This document shows, one piece after another, positions 62,859 to 64,000 of a stretch of DNA of 64,000 nt. The notes below the pieces were generated by a model. The model was not told the origin of the DNA. It saw only the letters and a list, made by a program, of their open reading frames with translations, and ran no database searches. How positions within the stretch are numbered: position 1 is the stretch's first letter; each line of letters begins with the position of its first letter. Source of the stretch: an uncultured Methanomicrobiales archaeon (GTDB taxonomy: Archaea > Halobacteriota > Methanomicrobia > Methanomicrobiales > Methanospirillaceae). Made by a program: the position numbers and the translations under genes. The stretch spans positions 120,378-184,377 of the forward strand of contig CAVWXH010000002.1 in NCBI GenBank assembly GCA_963758915.1, in the 5' to 3' direction.

Positions 62859-64000
62859 TTGAGTGAGGCAGGCAGAATAACAGTACTTCTTGTTGATGAT
62901 GAGCCCGGACTCACCGGGATCGCAAAGCGTTTTCTCGAGCGTTCCGGTGAATGCCATGTCGATATCGCAAATTCTGCCGCGGATGCACTCGTAATGCTGA
63001 CAAAAGGACAATACGATGCCGTGGTCTCTGATTACCTCATGCCGGACATGGATGGTATCACCTTTTTAAAAACGGTCAGGTCTGGTAATATCAACATCCC
63101 GTTTATCGTGTTTACCGGGAAAGGCAGGGAGGAGGTTGTGATAGAAGCGTTAAATAACGGGGCTGATTTTTACCTCCAGAAAGGCGGGGATCCGGCAGCC
63201 CAGTTTACCGAGCTCCAGTCGAAGATAAGAAAGGGGGTGGAACAGAGGCGGGTCCAGCGGGAACTGTCTGATAAAAACCATATCCTTGATGCAATCCTAA
63301 CCGCATCCCCCCACGGAATTGCGCTTATCAAGGAAGAGCGGATCAGGTGGGTCAATGACGCGTTCGCAAGGATGCTGCAGTATTCAAAACAGGACCTGAT
63401 AGAAAAAGACCTCGAGTCCCTGTACGAGGACCATGAGGTATACTGTCGCGTAAAAGACCAGGTCAGGATAGATTTGGAAAATAAGATGCATTCTGAGCTA
63501 CGGACACGTTTCAGGCAGAGGTCAGGACCGTTGATTGATTGCGAGATCAACATCGTGCCACTCGAAGAGCACAACAAAGAATCAGGGACAATGATAACGG
63601 TTACCAATATCACGAAGAGACTTGCCATGGCACGGGAGATTGAACGCCTGTCTGCATTCCCGTACCTCGAGGCAAACCCTGTTATCGAACTGAACCAGAA
63701 CGGGCAGATCTCGTATTTCAACGAGGCAGCAATCGATGACCTGATCAGGTTCGGGCAAGGCACGACGCTTGAAGTATTTATCCCGCCAGACCTTCCAGAC
63801 CTGCTTCGTGCTATGGAACAGGGGGATACCAGTCATCATGACAGGAACGTTCAGATCGGGAAGGTCACCTACCGCGAACATATTACGGTGAGCCCGATGT
63901 TCCAGGTCATCCGGATATCTGCAACAAATACCACCGAACAGAGGAAGATACAGAAGGCAATGAGAGAGATGGAGGATGCACTCCGCGATGATAAGGGCTG
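62859..64000 (+). CDS. REC-PAS signal transduction protein (runs off the window end)
   Basis: TTG start after GGTGA; VLLVDDEPG...SDYLMPDMDG...FTGKGREEVVIEALNNGADFYLQKGG, then PAS. Absent from the ORF track because it has no stop in the window. Confidence 0.88.
   Translation, partial: MSEAGRITVLLVDDEPGLTGIAKRFLERSGECHVDIANSAADALVMLTKGQYDAVVSDYLMPDMDGITFLKTVRSGNINIPFIVFTGKGREEVVIEALNNGADFYLQKGGDPAAQFTELQSKIRKGVEQRRVQRELSDKNHILDAILTASPHGIALIKEERIRWVNDAFARMLQYSKQDLIEKDLESLYEDHEVYCRVKDQVRIDLENKMHSELRTRFRQRSGPLIDCEINIVPLEEHNKESGTMITVTNITKRLAMAREIERLSAFPYLEANPVIELNQNGQISYFNEAAIDDLIRFGQGTTLEVFIPPDLPDLLRAMEQGDTSHHDRNVQIGKVTYREHITVSPMFQVIRISATNTTEQRKIQKAMREMEDALRDDKG

Noticed and set aside
63170-63881. 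Minus-strand ORFs at the window end
   Set aside because: Shadows of the plus-strand REC-PAS gene starting at 62859.

Overview
Archaeal chromosomal DNA, most likely a Methanomicrobiales methanogen of the Methanoregulaceae type. This is inferred from the REC/PAS kinase families, AGC-lipobox lipoproteins, NosD/PEGA surface proteins, a PolB2 cassette and TATA-type promoters. Main contents: surface and secreted proteins (including a signal-peptide caspase-family protease with 6 PEGA repeats), a REC-PAS chemoreceptor, a tightly coupled ABC exporter-PPK2-carbamate kinase-arginine deiminase cluster, several PAS histidine kinases and response regulators, a Thermus-like V/A-type ATPase operon (H-I-K-E-C-F-A-B-D), an ECF transporter, beta-carbonic anhydrase, a three-gene PolB2 cassette, malic enzyme and proline dehydrogenase. 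A ~260-bp MITE family is present in 2 full copies, 1 variant-ended copy and several fragments; one copy has an 8-bp target-site duplication. Several genes carry single-base frameshifts, suggesting long-read assembly errors or local decay. No rRNA, tRNA or CRISPR array was seen. The best leads for novelty are a multi-stem, sense-strand-biased structured 5' leader in front of the ECF operon (riboswitch-like), the arc/PPK2/ABC cluster, the structured MITE core, and two tandem small basic proteins missed by the ORF track. All family assignments come from motif recognition by eye; no searches were run.
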